The notes: a model not told the origin generated them from the sequence alone. DNA of 64,000 nt from Fonticula-like sp. SCN 57-25 (GCA_001724245.1 MEDX01000010.1:1-64000); one strand, 5' to 3'; positions 37,001 through 49,869 are shown, counted from the stretch's first letter. Numbers and translations: made by a program.

Positions 37001-39390
37001 CGGTGCGCCCGTCCGAGCTCGCCGTGCCCGAGGGCACCGCCGGCCACGCGCCCGTGTCGGTCGAGACCGCCGCTCAGGGCGACAATGTCGTCGGCATTGT
37101 CCTCAAGGTGTCGGGCCAGCACCTGCTCGCGTCGCTCGGCCACGACTGCGTTGCGCGCATCCCCGTGCTCAACCTGTCGAGCGACCCGTCCAAGCTCGAG
37201 AGCGTCGCCGAGTCGTTCCCGTCGGGCCGCGTCATGAAGTGCGTCGTGACGCGCAAGGACATTGAGCGCTACTTTTTGACGGCGTACCCGCTGAGCAACC
37301 CGTCGTGCGTGAGCGCGCTCACCAAGACGCAGGAGGCGGTCGCCGGCGAGGACGAGGACGACGACTCCAACCTCGAGGGTAGCATCGTCGTCGGCCGCGT
37401 CGAGACCATCAACGACTTGTACATTACGGTGACGATTGCGCGCGGTCTCGTCGGCCGCGCCGCCATCGCCGAGATCTCTGACCCGCTCGTCGAGTCGCCG
37501 ACGAGCACCGTGCGCGTCGGCCAGTATGTCCGCTGCAAGGTCGTCAGGCACGTCCCGGTCAAGAACATTATCGACGTGTCGCTGCGCCCGTCGGTGATCG
37601 ACTCGCTCGCCAGCGCCGAGGGCGCCATCAAGACCAAGGGCTCGACGCACGCCGCGCACCCCGTGTCGTTTGCCAGCATCACCGAGGGCCAGATCGTCGG
37701 CGGCTACGTAAAGTCGGTCGGCGACAGCGGCTGCTTTGTGCAGCTCGCGCACGACGTTGTCGCCCGCGTCAAGATTGCCGAGCTCTCTGACCTGTTCATC
37801 AAGGACTTTGCCGCCGTCTTTACGCCCGGCAAGCTCGTCAAGGGCGTTGTTCTTTCGGTGTCGCCCAAGACGCGCCAGATTGAAATGTCGCTCAAGGCGA
37901 GCCGCTGGAACCCGGCCGACAAGCCGCTCACGTGGGACGACCTGCACGTCGGCCTCAAGCTGAACGGCACTGTCCGCCGCGTCGAGGCCTTTGGCGTCTT
38001 CCTCAACATTGCCAACAGCCGCCTCTCGGGCCTCTGCCACAAGTCCGAGGTATCGGACGACCCCTCCGACGCCGCCGACCTCGCGTCGCGCTACAACGTC
38101 AACGACAAGGTCCGCTTTGTCGTGCTCGCCGTCGACGCCGAGAAGAAGCGCATGTCGCTCGGCATGAAGGCGTCCTACTTTGACGACGAGGACGAGGACC
38201 TCGGCGAGGACGCTGTCGGTAGAAGCGACGACGAAGATGACGAGGAGGAGGAGGAGGAAGACGAGGAGGAGGAAGAGGACGCAATGGATGTTGACAATGA
38301 GGACGACGACGACGAGATGGATGTTGACGAGCCCGCGACTGCGACCCGCAAGCGCGCGTCGGCCGCCCTCAATGTCGACGCTGCTTTTGACTGGTCTGGC
38401 GGCGCGGCTGCCGGCGGCGACGACAGCGACGCTGCGATGAGCGAGAGCGACGGCGACGACGATGATGAGGATGACGGCAAGGACGCCACCGAGGCTCGCC
38501 GCAGCAAGCGCGCCAAGCGCCGCGAAAAGGCCGAGAATGAGGCGAATGTGGCGATGCAGGAGCGTCTTTTGGCGGACAAGTCGTCTGCGCCCCGCTCTGC
38601 GGACGACTATGACCGCCTGCTGCTCTCTTCGCCCGACTCTTCGTTCCTGTGGATCAAGTACATGGCGTTCCAGCTGAGCATGGCGCAGATCGACAAGGCG
38701 CGTGAGGTCGCCGAGCGCGCCCTCAAGACCATCTCGTTCCGCGAGGAGCAGGAGAAGCTCAACGTGTGGGTTGCGCTGCTCAACCTCGAGAACGCGTTCG
38801 GCACCGAAGCCACGCTCGACAAGGTGTTCCAGCGCGCGCTCCAGTACAACGACCAGAAGAAGGTCTACGTGCACCTCACCGCCATCTACGAGCGCACCAA
38901 CAAGGACGAGGCCGCCGAGGAGCTCTACAAGGTCATGACGAAAAAGTTCAAGGAGAGCAGCAAGGTGTGGGTCGCGTACGGCCTGCAGCAGCTCAGGCTA
39001 CACGGCGCCGACGCGTGCCGCAAGGTGCTCCAGCGCAGCCTCCAGTCGCTCCCCAAGCGGAAACATGTCAAGGTGATTTGCAAGTTTGCGCAGATGGAGT
39101 TCAAGCACGGCGAGCCTGAGCGCGGCCGCACCATCTTTGAGGGCATCCTTGCCAACTACCCGAAGCGGACGGACCTGTGGTCGGTGTACATCGACATGGA
39201 GGTCCGCACCGGCCAGCCCGACGTCATCCGCCGCCTGTTCAACCGCGCGCTCGCCGCCAAGTGGTCGTCCAAGAAGATGAAGTTCTTCTTCAAAAAGTAC
39301 CTCGATTATGAGAAGAAGTTTGGCACCGAGGAGACGGTCGACGCCGTCAAGCAAAAGGCGCGCGAGTATGTCGAGTCGCTCGACGCCTAG
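34018..39390 (+). CDS. RRP5: rRNA biogenesis protein RRP5 (S1 repeats + HAT/TPR tail)
   Basis: N-terminal DFPRGG..LTPLEY, multiple S1 repeats, PDSSFLWIKYMAF, REEQEKLNVWVALLNLEN and YPKRTDLWSVYIDME. Confidence 0.97.
35865..35931 (+). ncRNA. Intronic box C/D snoRNA, copy 1
   Basis: C box GTGATGC (35869-35875), guide TTTGATTAGTCTTT, D' CTGA (35891-35894), C'-like TGAAGA (35903-35908) and D CTGA (35924-35927). The guide is antisense to the conserved LSU rRNA segment AAAGACUAAUCGAA. Confidence 0.8.
35977..36004 (+). other. Internal branch point with juxtaposed 3' and 5' splice sites (zero-length exon / recursive splice site)
   Basis: TACTAAC at 35977-35983, TTAG ending 35998, and GTGCGA starting 35999, which matches the GTRCG donor consensus of this window. 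Confidence 0.7.
36033..36097 (+). ncRNA. Intronic box C/D snoRNA, copy 2
   Basis: C box ATGATGG (36037-36043), the same guide TTTGATTAGTCTTT, D' CCGA (36058-36061), C'-like TGAAGA (36069-36074) and D CTGA (36090-36093). Boxes and guide are conserved against copy 1 while the spacers diverge. Confidence 0.8.
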
Positions 39391-39720
39391 CAAGCTTTTT
39401 GTCTGTAGATGGCGCGCCCGTGTTGTAGTCTGTGTACAGAACGCATAATGTGTTTTCTTTTTCCTCAATGGATTCTCAAACGTATAATTTTCTTTTGTCC
39501 TCAATGGAGTCTCAAACTGTTATTGATATACTGCAAAACCCGTTTCCGGGAATCAACCTACATTTGGTATATAATGGCACCTGGCGCTGCGCCCGCCTGG
39601 CAATAAGGGCTGGCAGTGCGACAAGGCGGCACGCGAAATGTCTATCGATGTGGAGGTAAAACTGCGTCAAAAAGCAAACAACAAAACACTGGTGTAACGG
39701 GTGTCTAGAAGGAAAACCGG

Positions 39721-41086
39721 TCAAACAAACGACTGGCCTGACCGCGCGTTCACCAGCGGGCGGCTTCCAGGGATGACATTCATTGTATTCGAGCGCATAA
39801 ACGGCGACGCGTCTGCAGCCTGCGACACCTTTGTTACCACTGGAAAGCATGACAAATTGGTGCGTACGGTTGCAGCGGGCACGTGGACAGGCCGCGCGCG
39901 GAGGTCGCGCAGCGTGGCGGCCAGCTTTTCGGGGTCGGACCGCTTGACGTGGTCAAGAAGGTCCGCGAGGTGCTTGCGGTAGTGCTCGGCGGCCTTGCTC
40001 GTGTACTTTTCGCGAATGTGCGCGGGGTTGAAGGCAGTGGGGTTGATCTTTTGCTCAAGAAAAAACTGGCGAGCACTGATTGAAAAAATAAAAAGAGTCG
40101 TTGTGTTAGCAAATATACATGATCGATCCCTGTCGTACCGCTTGTTTCCTCCGAGCTGCATGAGCATCATGTTGTCCGGCTTCCACTTGTCGAGGCCGAC
40201 CGACTGCACAAAGGTGAGGTGCACGCCGAGGGAGCGGTGTGTCCCCGAGCACTGGATGCAGATAAACACGCCGTACGTGACGGACGCCCAGTTGGGATCG
40301 GCCGCGCCGCAGTCAAAGCACGCCTACAGCACGTTAGAAAAGATTCAGGGGAAAAAGATGGATCCGCACGAGGTTCTCGCGCTCGAGTGCAATAATGTTG
40401 TTGAGCAGCGCCGTCTGCTGTGGGACAGGCAGAAGCGCAATGGCCGCGAGCGACTGTGGGTAGTCCACCGCGTGCGCTTGGTGCATGGTTGGCGAAACCG
40501 CGGACATGGGCATGGACGAGAGGGAGGCCGTCGACGGCGACGGGCTCAGCCGCGGCGTGGCAGACGGCGACGTCGACGGGACGACGTCTTTGGGGAGCGA
40601 CAGCGTGAGCGCCCCGGCGCCCGCCGCGCGCTCGCGGTCCTTCTTGGTGATAAAGTGCTTCATGATCGGGTTGCCCGAGCGGGCGGCCACGCGCGCAGCG
40701 GCGGCGGCGGCCTTCTCAGCCTGGGCGGCCGCGGCCGCCTGGAGCGAATGCGACGCCGCGGGGCCAGCAATGAACTCTTCGCCAGCGGAGACGATCAGCT
40801 TGCCCTCGGGCACCATCGCGAGGAACAACATGTTGTCAAAGACAATGCCGTCCATCGTGTACAACCGCACGGCCTCCTCATCAAAGGGGGGATGCGTGAA
40901 CGCGGCCACAAAGCAGTTGTCAATGAGGTCGGGGAGCTTCCAGTCGCCAAAAACGGTCACCGCGCGGGGGGGCGCGCCCTGATCGTCATTGCGGTACACC
41001 TTTATGGTGATCCCGGATGGTCTCGGCGGCATCGCCTCGCCTCGCGTGCCTGCACGGGTGGCCGAGGAAACGTCCCCTTGAAACAT
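39721..41086 (-). CDS. ArfGAP-domain protein with N-terminal KHA/doublecortin-like (ubiquitin-fold) domain
   Basis: [38 protein letters not shown] has the zinc finger and Arg finger. The N-terminus reads ITIKVYRN...RLYTMDG...LIVSAGEEF. The start is 41086 or 41032. Confidence 0.85.
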
Positions 41087-41555
41087 CGAGGGCTGCAAAC
41101 TGGACCGCGGTTTGCGTGGATGCAAACTGGGTCAGTTTGCAGGATCAGATAAAAACATTCCGGTTGTTCCCATTGGAAGATCAAGGTCCTTCAGATCAAT
41201 TTCAGCCAATCAAGATCGCAAATTGACAAACATTGGACGGGACGCTTCAAAAAGTCGACACCAAAGCAGCAGTGAGGCGGCCTACGGCGACCGACGGCAA
41301 CTTTGGGTACTTGAAACAGCACTCGTTCGGCTGCTGCTCCGTGAGCCAAGTCATATAAGGAGGCTCTACATCGCTCTTTCCTAATAGAGTTGTTTGGGAG
41401 TCGCGCTTTCTGTTCAACGAGTTGCGTCGATTCCTTAACCGGCCTCGATCACTCCTCTTTGAAATCACGCGTGGCAGCGGATTTGCCCCTTGCATCTGCA
41501 GGAATTTGCCGGTGAACCCCTTTTGCTACTGTGTAGCTTAAAAGTCGTGCTTACC

Positions 41556-44441
41556 ATGGAAACGGCCGGTATCGTCGCGGACGCAGAGGAGCGGCAGCGC
41601 CGTCAGGCAGAGGAAGACGCCCGCCTGCAAGCGGAGCTCGAAGAGCGTCGCGCAGAACGAGCTGCCAGGCGCGCTCAACGTGCTGCAGCGGCTGCTGGTG
41701 CGCACCTGCCCGCCATGTGTTGCCTATACTCACGCATGACTTAGAAGCGGAATCGCAAAAGTCGAGCCCAGCCATGCCGCCCACCACCACTGCCGCATCT
41801 GGCGAGTCTGAGGTGAGGCGCAAGAGCAAGGAAGTGAGCGCTGCATCTGGCGAATCGGAGGTAAGGCGGAAGAGCAAGGATGAGAGCGAGCCCAAGAAGC
41901 GCATTCCCAAGTCGACGTCGGGCGACTTGTCCGACATTAGCGGCGAAGTAAAGGCGGAGAAGCCGCGCCACCGCAAGTCGCACGACAAGTCGGCGGAGGA
42001 GGGCGGCCCCGCATTGGACGCCGAGGCCGCCGCTGAAGCGGCGCTGGCCAAGGCGGAGCGCAAGAAGAAGCGCGCCGAGGCGCGGGAACGGGACGGCCTG
42101 CTGGCAGCGTCGTCCGACAAGCCCCAGTCTAGCAGCGATAAGGTTGACCAGGCGGCGGCATCGCTGTCGTCGGTCAGTCTCAACGACAGCGCCCCCGCTG
42201 CGGAGCCATCAAGCAAGAAGGCCGAGCTGTTTGCCGCCGTCGGCGAGCTCGACGCGCGCATCTCGACCGCGCTCAAGGAGGAGCCCAAGCGTGCGGCTCT
42301 TCCCGCTACCAAGGACATTGTCCCGCCCAAGGCCGAGGTTAAGGTCGAGGTTACCAAGGTTGAGGTGGCCAAGGCACCCGAGCCTGTTGCAGAGCCTGCC
42401 AAGCCCGTCGAGGAGCCGGTAAAGGAGACGCCTCGGCGTACCAGCCGTGTAGAGGAGGCCAAGACAGATACAAAGGCCGTACAAGAGACAAAGACAGAGA
42501 CAAAGCCGGTCGAACCGGTGCAAGAGACAAAGCCGGCCGAAGCTGCAGTTGAAGCTGCGCCCGCTGCTGCCGAAGCCATGTCGCAGGACGACCTTCTCCG
42601 CCTCGAGATTGAGCGCGAGCGCGAGGAACGCCGTCGTGAGCGCGAGCGCCGCCGCTCGGGGGCGTCGGGATCGACGACTTCCACCCCCGAGCCCAACAGT
42701 TTTATCGGGTTTTCCAACGCGCAGCGCCGCACGTCGTCCCCCGCGGCCGCCCCCAGCCGCTCGTTCGCCTCGCCCGCTGCCGTTTCTCTTGCGCCGACGT
42801 CGGCCGCAAAGTCCGTTTCGGCGCCCGAGCCGACCCTGACGACTGCGGCCAAGTCTGCGTACGAGTCGCGCCTGTCGTCGTCGCCTGCACCCGAGAGGCG
42901 CGCATCTTCTGCTGAGACTCGCGCGTCTTCATCACCTGCACCTGAGAGGCGTGTATCTGCTGCCGAGTCGCGTGTGACTTCATCGCCTGAGCCAGAGAGG
43001 CGCGCATCTGCTGCTGAATCGCGCGTGACATCATCTCCTGCTCCGGAGAGGCGCGTTTCTGCTGCCGCTGCCGCCGAGCCGGTTGTGACGCCAGCACCTG
43101 CGCCCGTTGAGCCGGTGGTGACGCCAGCACCTGCATCTGCCGAGCCCGTCGTGGCGCCATCGCCGGCGCCTGTGGCCGCGTCTTCCGAGCCCGCGCCGAC
43201 GACGCCCCTCACGCTGGGCAAGGCCTCGCCGCGCCTTGGCTCGATGTCTGCTGCCATGAAGCGCAGCATCCCGCGCCTCGATGTGTCGCCGCTGTCGTCT
43301 GGCGGCTCTGCCGAGGAGCCCTCGACACCGACGACTCCCGGCAGCGAGGAGCGCCGCCGCCACCGCCGCACGCGCTCGACCGCCGCTGCGGACCTTCCTC
43401 AGATCGCGCGCAGTCCGTCGATCGGTAATGCCAAGGACAGCTGCTTCCAGTGCCGCAAGCGCGTGTACCCGACGGAGCGACTTGAGGTCGAGGGCACGCT
43501 GTTCCACAAGCTCGGCTGCTTCAAGTGCCACAAGTGCGGCAGCACGCTCCGCGCGGGCCAGTACGGTATCCACTCGGGCACGTTCTACTGCCTCTTGCAT
43601 CACCGCGCCGCACTCCGCGCCGATCGCGCCAACGACGAACAGCAGACCGCGGGCCTCGAGAGCGGCAGTGGCAGGGCGGCGAGCCCGACGCGCTCGCTGC
43701 GCTCTGACGTGACGGGCACTTCGACGCCACCCGCGCAGCGCCGCCGCGAGTCTGCCCTGGAGGAGACCGAGAGCCGGCCGCGGTCGTCGAGCGCGCTGTA
43801 CGGCGGCTCTTCGCGCGTGTCCGAGACGCCTTCGCCGCCGTCAAAGCTGGCCGCCGAGCCGTCGAACCCTCGCCTGGCGTCGGTCGTGTCGCAGTCGATG
43901 CTGCGGTCGCGGACGCCCGAGCCGAGCCGCTCGGTACACTCACCGCTGCCGTTTGGCGGGTCGCGGTCAAAGACGCCCGAGCCCAAGTCGACGCCCGCCA
44001 TCCGCTTCACGAGCGTCGCCGTGACCGTCAGCACAAAGCTGAGCGGCAAGCAGGCGCTGCTCGAGTGGGCAAAGCGCTGCGGCGAGGGGTACCCCAACGT
44101 CGAGGTGACCAATTTCAACGTGTCGTTCCGCGATGGACTTGCGTTCTGCGCAATCATCCACCGCTACAGGCCCAATATGCTCGACTTTAAGGCGCTCTCA
44201 CCTACCAACCGCCACGAGAACCTGCGTCTCGCCTTTGCCGCCGCGGACCAGCTCGTACGCGATGAACTTCCTATTCTTAATATTTACTAACTGTGCAATG
44301 CTATAGGGAATTACGCAACTGCTTGATGTTGAGGACGTGGCCGATTTTGAAAAGCCCGACGACTTTGCCATCATGACGTACCTGTCGGAGAAATACCACT
44401 TTTTTAAGAATGATATTATGGGGAGCGGCTACCGCTCTTGA
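41556..44441 (+). CDS. Cytoskeletal protein: low-complexity region, LIM domain and C-terminal MICAL/smoothelin-type CH domain
   Basis: LIM CFQCRKRVYPTE...FHKLGCFKCHKC...YCLLH. CH ALLEWAK...VTNFNVSFRDGLAFCAIIHRYRP...LLDVEDV...PDDFAIMTYL. Two introns. Confidence 0.9.
42863..43066 (+). repeat. Coding tandem repeat, 4 x 51 nt (17 aa, ESRVTSSPAPERRASAA consensus)
   Basis: Units start at 42863, 42914, 42965 and 43016. Confidence 0.9.
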
Positions 44442-44686
44442 TATACAAGTGCGGACATATTGCAACGCGTGTCATTTCCAATACTTTTGTAGTTGTTTTT
44501 GCACCAACACCATCAATGCCATCAGAATGCAATCAGAATACAATATATTATCATATCTTTCTCGGGCAACACCAAAGAGTAGCACAATAGATGATATTTG
44601 CGTATGATTATCAACCTCTGATTCTGAATTCACTTTACGCTCCTCCTTTGCCATTAAAAAAGCCAAACTAGTATTGTACAAATGCA

Positions 44687-46999
44687 TTACACCTCGTAGA
44701 GCAGCCGCTCCTTGAGCAGTCTAATGCTCGCAATCGCCCACTCTTCCCTCGTGATCCAAAAGTCGCGCGTGTTCTCGAGCCGCGCCGCGACGCATCCGCC
44801 CTTCCACGTCACAACGCGCCCGTCCAGCTCGCGTGGGTTGCTCACCACCTGCACATCCGTATTCGGCCACGCGCGCCTCAAACTACAAACACAATGAAAC
44901 GTGTCAGCCACTCGAACATAAAAAAACTTCTTTGATTTGCGCACCAGTCGGCGAGGATGGGGACGAGGTGAGGGACAAGTGAGCCGCCGCCGACGAGCAG
45001 CACATTGCCAAGCAGCTTCTTGCGCTTCTCCTCAGAGTCAAGCTTTTCAATGCTCTGCTGCACAGCAGCATCAACTCCACGCCATGCGTACATTTGCGCG
45101 TCCGCCGCCTCGCCTGCCGCCGCAGCAGCAGCAGCAGCAGCGGTATTGGTGGCGGGGGAAGAATTGGCGGCCGGCGGCGCGGGCGTCGCCGTAGGCGTCG
45201 GCACCGGCGTGCTCGCACTCGACGCCGTCGGCGTATTTCCTGTATTAGCCGCTCCTGTCGCTGCCACGGCGGTCGGGGCCGCAGTGGCGGTGGCCGCGGC
45301 CGCGGCGGCGTCCATCGGGTCGGCCGTCACGGAAGGCGACGCGGACGTCGGCGCGCTGTAATGGCGGGGAAAAAGTGTCAGCGCACTCTCTTTAATCCAC
45401 GTGGACGTACTCTGTGTCCTGGCGGAGCTTGAAGACGATGGCGGGGACGGGCTTGCCGTCGTCGGTCTTGGGTTCGTCAGAGTCGGCAAAGACGTCCTCG
45501 GGGTCGGGCAGCGCACGGCGCGTCGGGAGGACGGCGGGGCGGTACATGTGGTTGTTAAAGACGCTCTGAGGGGAATGGTTAGAATGGGATGGGAAAGAAC
45601 AAAAGAAAAAGGTAAACAGCAAACGCACGTGGGCGGCAACAAAGAATTCGTCGTTCACTTTAAAGTCGACGCGCATCGCGCGGTCACCGTGGCTGCGCAG
45701 AATCCACTGGAACTGCTGCCCCGTCGTCGCCTCGGCCTGCACATCATTTAGCAACTTCATCAATACAATACAATATAATTTTATAAATAACAATTTACGT
45801 ACGAGCAAGCTGACGTGCGCCTCCTTGAGCTCGTTCAGCGACGCAATCTGGTGAGCCAATGCGAGCCCGCAGTCGCGCATCGGGAAAGCCTCCTGCCGCA
45901 TAAGGAGCGCGTGCAGGACCCTTGTCATGTCGTCCCCTCCATAGTTCATCCTGACGCGCGTCGTCCGCTGCAGCCACCCGTCGTCGACGCACGAGACGGT
46001 GGTCGTCTGCGCGCCGAGGTCGACGACGCACGCCGCGCTGAGCGTCGCGCCAAAGGCGGCGCAGACGGCCTCCTGGTGCGAGAGTACAGCCTTGACGCCC
46101 ATGCCGCGCAGCGCAACGTTGTGCAGGTCCTTGAGCAGCGCCGTGTCGGCCACGTCGGGCACGACGAGGAAGACCGAGTACTCACCGAGCGAGGCCGCGG
46201 GGATCTTGAGGTGCGTCTCAATGGCGGTGGTCCAGATGGCGGAAAGGTCCGCCTCGAGCTCCATCTTGGACGCGTACGACGCCGTGTCGGGGAAGCCGTG
46301 CTTGAAGGGGTAGCGAATGGCGTACGGCTCGCGCGGGTCGATGCGGAGCGCCTCGTGGCCAATGTAAAAGGGGCGGTCGGGGTCCTCGGTCCACGTCACG
46401 TCAGAGACGCTCGCGCTGTCGGGGAGGAGCTTGGGGACCGACGCGCTGTTAAAGGTGTCCGCCTGGGACTGGACGCGGCGGCGCGCCTGCTTCTGGCGGT
46501 CGCGCATGCCTTCCTCGTAATCAGTCATCTGCTGCTCCATCTCGGCGAGATTCGCAGGCGAATTCTCGATCGACACATTCAGATGAGCGGGATGGTCGCC
46601 GGAGGGAAGCGACACGCGACGCGCGATGCAGTGCGGCACTGTCACGGGGTACGCGTCAGAGGCGCGGCCAATGCGCAGGAAGCGCGAGCCGGGGTGAATC
46701 ACAATCACATTGGAGCCGCGCGCATCGGCGTTCGGCGCATTCTTGCCGGTCGATGTGTCGATGAGGGCGACGGAAGGGCCCTTCATGTACTTTGACGTCG
46801 CGTTCCTGATCGCGCCCATCAGCGGCATAATGTAGACAGACATGCTCGGCCTGGCGCGCTTGTCGTCCGCCGTTGCCGCCTGCGCGGGCTCCGACGGCGT
46901 GGAGACCACCTTTTTGCTCACGACCGGCGCGGGGGAACTGTTCTCAATGGCATCGCCGTCATCCACGTCGAGCGTCGAGGCGTCGCGCTTCTTGCCCAT
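44687..46999 (-). CDS. ARP8: Actin-related protein 8 (INO80 complex)
   Basis: VIVIHPGSRFLRIGRASDAYPVTVPHCIARR, HQEAVCAAFGA, CVVDLGAQTT, YGGDDMT and TWKGG. Confidence 0.93.
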
Positions 47000-47293
47000 G
47001 GTATGCTGGCGTGGCTAGCGTGCGTCTCGCGGCCAAGCAGTGGGGACCGTTTAACTACAGGATCCGGCACTGTTCCGGCGGGCAGAGCAGAGGCGCGCGA
47101 CTGGAGGCACGATTTCTGATATGCGCAGTCAGCAAAGTGGCCTCGGATAAGCAGCGGATAAGACTGGGATAAGAGAGATCGAAAATACATGTCGTTCAAT
47201 GCAAGTTCCTTCAAAGAGTGTGTACTGTGAATCAAGTAATGCTATTTGAATCATATAACTGTGAGTTTTCTGTACAACGAATAATAATGGTAC

Positions 47294-49869
47294 TCAAGGC
47301 TTGAGGATGTCGAGCATGCTGTGCACCTCTGCGACCGAGTCTAGGTAGTAGTGCGCCTTGGTCTGCTTCTTGCCCACCGTGACGGTGTAGCTGTACGGGA
47401 TGTGACCCACAAGCGAAAACACAGGCTCGTCGGTCTTTCCGTCGCCAACGCACAGCAAAAAGTCGACCTGCGGGCCCTCAATGCCGCTCTCGTCGTCCCA
47501 CTCGGCGCCATTGATATCTGCAGAACAGTACATTGTGAGCAAGAAAAGCACAAAGATATATATGTTTTGTGCGTACCGAGAAGAATGGCGCGCGCGACGG
47601 TCGACTTTTCCACTGACGCCGGACGGACCTCGAGCGTCTTTGAGCCGAGCACGATAGAGACCGCCATGTGGCTCAGGATCTTGTCGAGGTTCACCTGGAG
47701 CTCGGCCGCCTGCCAGCTGCCAAATTCGGGGTCGGCGTTGCGGTAGTGCCACGTCAGGTTAATGTCCTTTTCCTCAATAAACGACCCGGGCGTGCGCTCA
47801 GTGTAGTGCTGGAAGAGTGGCCGAATCGTGTCGCGCCACGACATGTCAATGTCGTCCACCATGCGGATCCAGCCATTCTCAACCGAGTGCTACAAGAGTC
47901 GACGTGAGCACAAAAAGGGAAGAAAACAGGCCCAATGCGGCGTACAGGACTGATGGCGTTGGCGCGCGGCGGCGGCGTAAAGTTGGGCGGGTGGCGGTAA
48001 AAGCAGCCGTGCTCTGCGCTGAGACCGACTCCCGCGTCCTACAAGGTAAATAGAGGTCAGCAGCTGCACAGCCAAACATAAGGAAATCGTACCCCAAACC
48101 ACTTTTCTAGGTTGGCGCGGTCGCGTCCCGAGATAATGTAGACGAGCGTGTTTGGCAGCGCCGCGAGCGCGCGGAGGCTTGCGAGCACGCCCGGCGACGG
48201 CTGCGCAAACTCGGGCAGCTTATGCGTGCGGGTGAGCGTGCCGTCATAGTCGAGCACGATGACGCGCTTCTTGGTCGACTTTTGGAACGACTGGACGACG
48301 TCCTGGATGGCGAGCTTTGGCAGCACATTCCTTGCCTCGTTTTCCTCGCTGACGCGGAGCAGCTCGCGCACAAACGACGTCCCCCAGAACGACGCCGTGT
48401 GCTTGTTGATGTAGCGGTAGAGCTTTTCGTGGTTGCTCTGCCGCTCGCTCGGCGGCAACGTGAGCGCGTGGTAGATTGTGTCCGCGAGCTCCTCCGTGTT
48501 CCACGGGTTGACGATGAGCGCGCCGCTGAGCGACTGCGCCGCGCCGGCAAACTCGGAGAGGATGAGCACGCCGTGCTTCTCCTGCTGGCAGGCGATGAAC
48601 TCGTACGACACGAGGTTCATGCCGTCGCGCGTGGACGTTACGAGCGCAACGTCGGCGGCGCAGTAGAGCGCGCACAGCTCCTGAAAGTTGACCGACTGGT
48701 TCAAAAAGTGGATCGGCATCGAGTCGGCCGAGCCAAAGATGCCGTTGATGCGGCCGACGAGCTCGTTCAGGTTGGCGCGCAAGTTCTGGTACTCTTCGAC
48801 GTCGGTGCGCGAGGGGACCGCCACCTGGATGAGCACGACCTTTTCCTTGAACTGCGGGTACTTTGTGAGGAAGAGCTCGAGGGCGTACAGCTTTTGCGGC
48901 ACGCCCTTGATGTAGTCCAGGCGGTCCACGCCGAGCAGGATGAACTTGCCGCGGTGCTTGTTGTGCAGCTCCTCAATGCGCGCGATGACCGACGGCTCCG
49001 CCAGCCCCTCGCAGAACTTTTCGGGCTCGATGCCGATGGGGAACGTGCCGACCTGCACAAAGCGACCCTCGAATTCGACGCCGTTGGGCATCGTCGAGAG
49101 GCCCAGGATGCGCGTACAGGACGACAAAAAGTGGCGCGCATAGTCGTACGTGTGGAAGCCAATGAGGTCGCTCTGCAGCAGCCCGCTGAGCACCTGCTTG
49201 CGCACCGGCAGGATGCGGTAGATCTCGGACGACGGGAACGGCGTGTGCAGGAAAAAGCCAATCTTCATCGGCGTGTTGATCCCGACGGCCACGCGCAGCA
49301 TCTCGGGCATGAGCATAAGGTGGTAGTCATGGATCCACACAATGTCGCCCGCGCGCACAAGCGTCGCGACGGCGTCGGCGAACGCCTGGTTCGCGCACTG
49401 GTACGCGATCCAGTCACGCTCCTGAAAGTTAATTTCGCCGGGGAGGTAGTGGAAGAGCGGCCACAGGATGCTGTTGCTGAATCCGTTGTAGTGCAGGTCG
49501 GCAATCTCGTCCTTGAGAAAGACGGGAAGGCAAGAGTGCTCAGAGAGAAGCTTGTCGCGCACGTACGCCTGCTCGGCCTCGGGGACCTCAAGGCCCGGCC
49601 AGCCGATCCACGTAAACCGGAGATCCTTCTTGAGGCCGTTCAGCGCAGAGACGAGGCCGCCAGAGCTCATCTTGAACGTCCACTCGTCGCCGGTCCTGCA
49701 AAAGAGCGGCGCGCACGGTGAGCGACCGCGCCAGTTAATCTGAGGGAGGCGAGCGAGCGTACTTGTTGACCGTCACCGGTAGGCGGTTGGACACGACGAG
49801 CATGTGCGTCTTGGTGCCGCCCTCCATGGTAGGTGCTTGGCTAAGTAGCGGGTTCTTTAGCAACGGCAT
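47294..49869 (-). CDS. Fused trehalose-6-phosphate synthase/phosphatase
   Basis: VVSNRLP, SSGGLVSAL, WIHDYHL, GVDRLDYIKG and DGMNLVSYE (GT20). DYDGTL, ISGR, AEHG and GDGKTDE (HAD phosphatase). The start is 49869 or 49827. Confidence 0.95.

Noticed and set aside
36103-38874. 923-aa minus-strand ORF, and similar long antisense ORFs at 13352-14494, 41551-43371 and 48222-49721
   Set aside because: These are antisense shadows of RRP5, COG4, the LIM-CH gene and TPS-TPP. GC-rich codon usage depletes stops on the opposite strand, and they carry no protein motifs.
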